Source: Nanobdellati archaeon | GTDB lineage: Archaea; B1Sed10-29; WALL01 | Direction of reading: 5' to 3' | DNA: 55,213 nucleotides | Assembly: GCA_015522845.1 (NCBI GenBank) | Contig: WALL01000009.1 | Coordinates: forward strand, 1-55,213 | Shown here: in pieces, positions 50,713 through 55,213 of the stretch | Layout of the letters: each line of letters starts with the position of its first letter | Numbering within the stretch: the first letter of the stretch is position 1 | Made by a program: the position numbers and the translations under genes | Notes under the pieces: generated by a model | The model's database searches: none | Seen by the model: the letters and a program-made list of their open reading frames with translations, nothing else | Told to the model about the DNA's origin: nothing

Positions 50713-52329
50713 ATGGGATACTTGGATGACTTAATGCACCGGTCTAAGGAAAAGGCAGGGGCTGCTGCCTTGCCAAAGCCAATCCGCCAGCAGCCGCCCG
50801 CCCCAGCCGCAGCACAGGAGGCGCCAGCCGCAGCCGTGCAGAAGCCTAAGCCCCACCTTGAGGAGATATCCCCACCTGCCCTTGCGGAGCCAACAGCACC
50901 AGAGGGCGCAGTGCTTGTTAGCGAGTCCGGTGTTGGGAGGATATACAAGACAAAGAAGGGAAAATTCATTTATTCAGTCCCTGTGCCGCGGCCAAGCGGT
51001 CCAGAGCGCGAGATACTTGACACTGTTAAGGAAGCAGCAACCCGCCTAATCACTGTAACACCGGAGGAGATTGCAGACGTTAAGGAGCGCCGCGCCTTCT
51101 TTAAGAAGCGCATACTTGAGATAATTGACTCGTCGCCAGAGCTTGGCATTGCACCATCAAAAATTGACTTCTATGCAGACACCATAGTCCGCGAGATGAT
51201 TGGCTACGGCCCGCTGGACTTGCTTCTTGTTGATGACCAGCTTGAGGAGATAATGGTAATCGCGCCAAACAAGCCGGTTTATGTCTTCCACCGCCACTAC
51301 GAGATGATGCCAACCAACGTTGTCTTCGGCAGGGACGACGACATACGCGGCATAATCGACCGCATTGCCCGTGATGTTGGCAGGCGCATAGATGTGAAGG
51401 ACCCGCTGCTTGATGCGCGCCTTCCTGACGGTTCCCGTGTAAATGCCACCATACCGCCAATATCACTTGAGGGCTCAACGATAACAATACGCAAGTTCCG
51501 CCAGGACCCATTTACCGTTGTTGACCTAGTTAAGTTTGGGACGATTAATTCCGAGCTTGCTGCATTCATGTGGGTTGCTACTGAAGGCATGAAGGCAAAG
51601 CCAGCAAACGTTGTTGTTTCAGGCGGCACTGGCTCCGGGAAGACAACAACGCTCAACACACTTGCTGCATTTATCCCTGATGGGGAGAGGATAATTACAA
51701 TGGAGGACACTGCCGAGATAAAGCTCCCGGTGAAGCACTGGATACGCTTTGAGACAAGGCCCCCCGGCATTGAGGGCACTGGTGAGGTCACCATGGACAC
51801 GCTGGTCAAGAACTCGCTGCGTATGAGGCCCGACCGCGTGATAGTCGGCGAGGTCCGCGGCAAGGAGGCTTTTACGCTTTTCACTGCAATGAACACGGGC
51901 CACGACGGCTCAATGGGGACGGTCCATGCTAATGATGCCCGTGAGACGATAGTCCGCCTAACCAGCCCGCCAATGAGCGTCCCGCAGCTTATGCTTGCAG
52001 CCCTCAACCTAATAATTGTCCAAAAGCGCATACACGACCGGCGCAAGGGGACCATTAGGAGGGTTACAGAGGTCGCTGAAGTGACCGGGGTGCTTGAGGA
52101 CAACCCCCAGGTGATTTACCTTTATGAGTGGGACGCGGCAACTGATACAATCAAGCCGACCGGCGTGCCAAGCAAGTACTTGCAGGAGCTTAGCAAGTAC
52201 ACAGGCATGTCATATGCAGAGATCCAGGCAGAGATACAGCGGAGGAAGGAGTTCATTGAGCGCATGGTCATGGATGGGGTCTCCGGCATAGATGCAGTTT
52301 CAGCAAGGATACAGGGGTTCTTTGGCTAA
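50713..52329 (+). CDS. Type IV pilus/secretion ATPase (PilB/FlaI/TadA superfamily)
   Basis: Walker A VVSGGTGSGKTTTLN, Asp box and Walker B RVIVGEVRG, and His box GHDGSMGTVHAN. It has a Pro/Ala-rich N-terminal extension. Confidence 0.85.
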   Translation: MGYLDDLMHRSKEKAGAAALPKPIRQQPPAPAAAQEAPAAAVQKPKPHLEEISPPALAEPTAPEGAVLVSESGVGRIYKTKKGKFIYSVPVPRPSGPEREILDTVKEAATRLITVTPEEIADVKERRAFFKKRILEIIDSSPELGIAPSKIDFYADTIVREMIGYGPLDLLLVDDQLEEIMVIAPNKPVYVFHRHYEMMPTNVVFGRDDDIRGIIDRIARDVGRRIDVKDPLLDARLPDGSRVNATIPPISLEGSTITIRKFRQDPFTVVDLVKFGTINSELAAFMWVATEGMKAKPANVVVSGGTGSGKTTTLNTLAAFIPDGERIITMEDTAEIKLPVKHWIRFETRPPGIEGTGEVTMDTLVKNSLRMRPDRVIVGEVRGKEAFTLFTAMNTGHDGSMGTVHANDARETIVRLTSPPMSVPQLMLAALNLIIVQKRIHDRRKGTIRRVTEVAEVTGVLEDNPQVIYLYEWDAATDTIKPTGVPSKYLQELSKYTGMSYAEIQAEIQRRKEFIERMVMDGVSGIDAVSARIQGFFG

Positions 52330-53597
52330 TGGCAGAGATAAGGAAGATTATAACCGCTGAGCAGAAGCGGAAGAAGGAAGCAGAGGAGCAGGAGAAGAGG
52401 CTTGGCCGCATAAAGGTCGAGGAGCTCCCCTCAAGGGGATATTCACATGCCCGCGTTGACGAGATAGTTGCCCGCATGAAGCAGCGCTATGAGCTGAGGG
52501 GGTATGGCAAGAAGGAAGGCAAGGGCGCAGAGCTAAAGCGGAAAGTCCTTGGTGCGCGGGCATTGAAGCTTGACCAGCGCGAGGCGGGAGAGCTCATCCA
52601 TTCAAAGGGGTTTGCAAGGCTTGTTGGCACATTATATTCCTATTTTCCTTTCCTAAATGCGCTTACAAAGAGGGTTTCCTCATACTCAATTGCAAAGCGC
52701 ATCCCCTACGACCTTGAAAAGGCAAATATGGACTATAGCGCTAACCAGTATGTAAGCATGGCTGTTGTTGCCTCAATAGCCAGCGGGCTAGTTGTGGCAC
52801 TTACCACACTTGCCCTTGTGCTAACCACCTTTTCCAAGCCGCTGGCTGACATGGCGGCTAAGATGTCAACGACGAACGGGCCGCTGATATCCTCGGTTGT
52901 GCTTGAGGGGATTAGCTCCTCGCTTGTTGCATCGGCCATACAATACTTCCTGGCATTTGCCCTCGTGTTCCTCATTACTTTTGTTGTCTCCGTGATGGTG
53001 CTTCTTATAACTTTCCAGTACCCGCCAAGCAAGGCAAAGCAGCGCGGCAAGGCAATTGACAAGGAGCTGCCCTTTGCCCTTAGGCATATGGCAACTGAAG
53101 TTAAGGCAGGGGTAGGCATCCATAGGACAATGAAGAGCATTGTTGAGGCAGGCTATGGGGAGCTAAGCGTTGAGTTTAACCGCACCATCCGGGAGATAGA
53201 GAAAGGCACAAGCACAAGCGACGCGCTTATTGAGATGAGCGAGCGAGCGCCATCTGAGAACCTCAGCCGGGCAGTGATGCACATGGTCCGCACGCTGAAT
53301 ACCGGAGGCAACCTTTCGGAGATAATCGAGACAATTGCAGGTGAGGTTTCGTTTGAGCTGCGCATGAAGATGCGCGACTTTGTTGAGAGGCTAAATCTTG
53401 TTGGCTTGTTCTACATGATGGTTGGCATAGTTGGGCCCGTCTTCATTGCAATCCTCGCCGGGATATTTAATGCAATCCCAACAATTGGGCTTACCGGGAT
53501 ACTTGGCACACAGGCGCTTTTCCTTATATATTTTGTCCTTATCCCATTGGCCCTTTCGCTCATACTTTACATAATCAAGGTAATGCAGCCGATGTGA
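52329..53597 (+). CDS. Pilus platform membrane protein (T2SS-F/TadB-C/FlaJ-like), chain 1
   Basis: LPFALRHMATEVKAGVGIHRTMKSIVEAGYGELSVEFNR is a T2SSF domain flanked by TM helices. TAATG overlap with the ATPase gene. Confidence 0.7.
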   Translation: MAEIRKIITAEQKRKKEAEEQEKRLGRIKVEELPSRGYSHARVDEIVARMKQRYELRGYGKKEGKGAELKRKVLGARALKLDQREAGELIHSKGFARLVGTLYSYFPFLNALTKRVSSYSIAKRIPYDLEKANMDYSANQYVSMAVVASIASGLVVALTTLALVLTTFSKPLADMAAKMSTTNGPLISSVVLEGISSSLVASAIQYFLAFALVFLITFVVSVMVLLITFQYPPSKAKQRGKAIDKELPFALRHMATEVKAGVGIHRTMKSIVEAGYGELSVEFNRTIREIEKGTSTSDALIEMSERAPSENLSRAVMHMVRTLNTGGNLSEIIETIAGEVSFELRMKMRDFVERLNLVGLFYMMVGIVGPVFIAILAGIFNAIPTIGLTGILGTQALFLIYFVLIPLALSLILYIIKVMQPM

Positions 53598-53598
53598 T

Positions 53599-54459
53599 AT
53601 GGAGCTATATACAAGCTACAAGAATGCCGTCAAGTATGTGAACCCCTCGCTGGAGGCGGACTTTGTCATAGGCCTTGCCATGTTCCTTTCCGCCATATTC
53701 CTTGTCTATGCTGGCTTCTTCATTGACCTTGTATTTGGCGGCCTGCTTGCGGTCCTTACTTTTGACATTGCGCTTGGCTACCCCCTCTTCATACGCAGCA
53801 AGCGCATTGCCGAGATAGAGGATACCCTGCCGGATGTCCTTTCAAACATGTCTACGAGCCTGCGCGCTGGCGCAACGGTCGAGTCAGCGCTTAAGGAGGT
53901 TGCGGAAGCTGGCTACGGGCCAATAAGCATGGACCTGCGCACAATGCTCCGTGAGATAAACGAGGGCAAGACCTTTGAGGAGGCGTTCATTGAGTTTGGG
54001 AAGCGCACCGAGTCAAGGATTGTCCAGCGCAGCATCAACGTCATCGTATCCGCCAAGCGCACGGGCGGCGGGCTTGTCGAGGCACTCTCAAGCATAGCGG
54101 ATGACATGCGCCAGAACCTTCGTATCCAGAAGGAGAGGAGGGCGAAGACCATGGTGCAAGTGCTTTTCATAATCATTGCAGCCAATTTTGTTGCGCCATT
54201 CATATTTGGGCTTGTGGCAGGCATAATGCTCTTCCTTGGCAGCATATCCTCAAATGCGTCGCCAGCCCTCTTTGGCACGCTGATATTCTATTTCAAGGGC
54301 TACCTCATCGTGTCCGCGCTCTTCTCCTCGCTTGCTGCCTCGCTCATCCGTGAGGGAAACGCCACGAAGACCGTCATATATGCGCCCCTTCTGCTTTTAG
54401 TGTCTTACGTGATATTCATTGCCGTGCACTACTTTGCGGGCATCTTCTTTGCAGTGTGA
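53599..54459 (+). CDS. Pilus platform membrane protein (T2SS-F/TadB-C/FlaJ-like), chain 2
   Basis: LPDVLSNMSTSLRAGATVESALKEVAEAGYGPISMDLR is a second T2SSF domain on a separate ORF. Confidence 0.7.
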   Translation: MELYTSYKNAVKYVNPSLEADFVIGLAMFLSAIFLVYAGFFIDLVFGGLLAVLTFDIALGYPLFIRSKRIAEIEDTLPDVLSNMSTSLRAGATVESALKEVAEAGYGPISMDLRTMLREINEGKTFEEAFIEFGKRTESRIVQRSINVIVSAKRTGGGLVEALSSIADDMRQNLRIQKERRAKTMVQVLFIIIAANFVAPFIFGLVAGIMLFLGSISSNASPALFGTLIFYFKGYLIVSALFSSLAASLIREGNATKTVIYAPLLLLVSYVIFIAVHYFAGIFFAV

Positions 54460-54510
54460 GCGCAACGTTTATAAATGCCTAGCTATTAACGCTATTTGGA
54501 GGCAACTCTT

Positions 54511-54855
54511 ATGGAAAAAGGACAAGGCTCTCTTGAATATTTATTGATACTTGCAGCAATACTCGCAATCGCAGTCGTCGTTGTCGTGGTGGCGAACTCG
54601 ATGCTCCAGGCGCCCCAGTCGCAGTCCAAGCTGCAGCAGGACAAGTACGCTTGCAGCCTGCAGGGGATTGAGCTTGTTGGCTACACAGAGATAGGGACCG
54701 TGAGCACCCTCAACTATGGCGGGAACCCCTGCGAAAAAAAGACTAACTCCATCGGCGGTGTCGTAGCTAGCTGCCAGTTGGGGGATGGTTCGACAGTCTA
54801 TGTGAACACAACCGCAAGCGGCTGTTCCTTTAACGTAACATCGTCGTCGCCTTAG
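54511..54855 (+). CDS. Archaeal type IV pilin (class III signal peptide)
   Basis: GGAGG lies upstream of the ATG. MEKGQGSLEYLLILAAILAIAVVVVVVA matches the archaeal class III/pilin N-terminal signature. Confidence 0.8.
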   Translation: MEKGQGSLEYLLILAAILAIAVVVVVVANSMLQAPQSQSKLQQDKYACSLQGIELVGYTEIGTVSTLNYGGNPCEKKTNSIGGVVASCQLGDGSTVYVNTTASGCSFNVTSSSP

Positions 54856-54927
54856 GGGCCCTTAACCCCTTTTTTTTACTCCCGCCCAGCCACAGCATTT
54901 TTATACCCCCCTTCCCTTTATCCATTG

Positions 54928-55110
54928 ATGAGACTCCCCCGCGGGCAAAGGGCACAGACCAGCTTGGAATACCTTTATCTCACAGCCTTTGTCATAGGTC
55001 TTGCCGCAATCACGGCCATGCTAGTGACCGATGTCCTGCACATACAGGAGCAGGCAAAGGCACGCGTTGCTGAGATACGCGACCGCCTAATTGACAAGCT
55101 TACGCAGTGA
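54928..55110 (+). CDS. Short pilin-like protein (class III signal peptide)
   Basis: MRLPRGQRAQTSLEYLYLTAFVIGLAAITAML followed by a short helical tail. Confidence 0.6.
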   Translation: MRLPRGQRAQTSLEYLYLTAFVIGLAAITAMLVTDVLHIQEQAKARVAEIRDRLIDKLTQ

Positions 55111-55114
55111 TCCC

Positions 55115-55213
55115 ATGCTTAACACGATTGCTGCGCTAGCCGGGCTTGCATACGCATCCTATACCGACCTTAAGGAGACAATAGTGCCTGACTGGCTGAA
55201 CTACCTCCTCATC
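55115..55213 (+). CDS. Prepilin/preflagellin peptidase (A24 family), N-terminal fragment truncated by the window end
   Basis: MLNTIAALAGLAYASYTDLKETIVPDWLNYLLI is a first TM helix followed by the conserved catalytic Asp context (Y-x-D-L-K-x-x-x-I-P). Confidence 0.6.
   Translation, partial: MLNTIAALAGLAYASYTDLKETIVPDWLNYLLI

Noticed and set aside
51297-52103. A 268-aa minus-strand ORF
   Set aside because: It is antisense to the pilus ATPase, whose Walker and His boxes are intact on the plus strand. It is a Ser-rich shadow ORF.

Overview
The window looks like an archaeal chromosomal segment. Supporting markers are class I LysRS, aTrm56, TFE, aEF-1beta, an archaeal class I CCA-adding enzyme, a tRNA with a canonical 37/38 intron, and many class III (prepilin) signal peptides. 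Genes are tightly packed and often joined by ATGA/GTGA/TGATG start-stop overlaps. A small-genome, possibly DPANN-like organism is my inference only.

Content from left to right:
1. A minus-strand operon of four prepilin-like genes, including an 817-aa N-x-S/T-rich giant (79..3821).
2. A 15-kb signalling region with seven single-domain KaiC/RecA-like ATPase paralogs. They are interleaved with V4R-domain proteins, an AbrB-like protein, a polytopic membrane protein, a PAS protein, a histidine kinase, a receiver and a FIST protein. A UbiA prenyltransferase/HMGL-like synthase pair and serS are embedded in it.
3. A housekeeping block: lysK, GGPP synthase, six tRNAs in four loci, a transglutaminase-like protein, aTrm56, TFE, an HD hydrolase, pcm, rad50, a Mut7-C RNase, aEF-1beta, a Zn-ribbon protein, a GME-superfamily amidinotransferase-like enzyme, ribL, asnS, cca and ligT.
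4. A deoxynucleotide island. It holds a class III RNR whose glycyl-radical motif sits on a separate 52-codon ORF, followed by nrdG. It also holds a cysteine-free NrdG paralog, a cysteine-less NrdD paralog that keeps an ATP-cone, a dCMP deaminase and a thioredoxin-like protein.
5. Lrp, a CYTH protein, elp3 and thrS.
6. A type IV pilus locus: ATPase, two separate platform proteins, two pilins and a truncated prepilin peptidase at the window end.

Non-coding DNA carries a family of short repeats at gene and tRNA 3' ends. These include conserved G-rich tRNA trailer hairpins, a ~41-nt core element, and a 56-nt module present twice with a single mismatch. In four places the 3' end of a gene or tRNA is duplicated around a 61-116 nt insert.

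I found no rRNA, CRISPR array, transposase or integrase.
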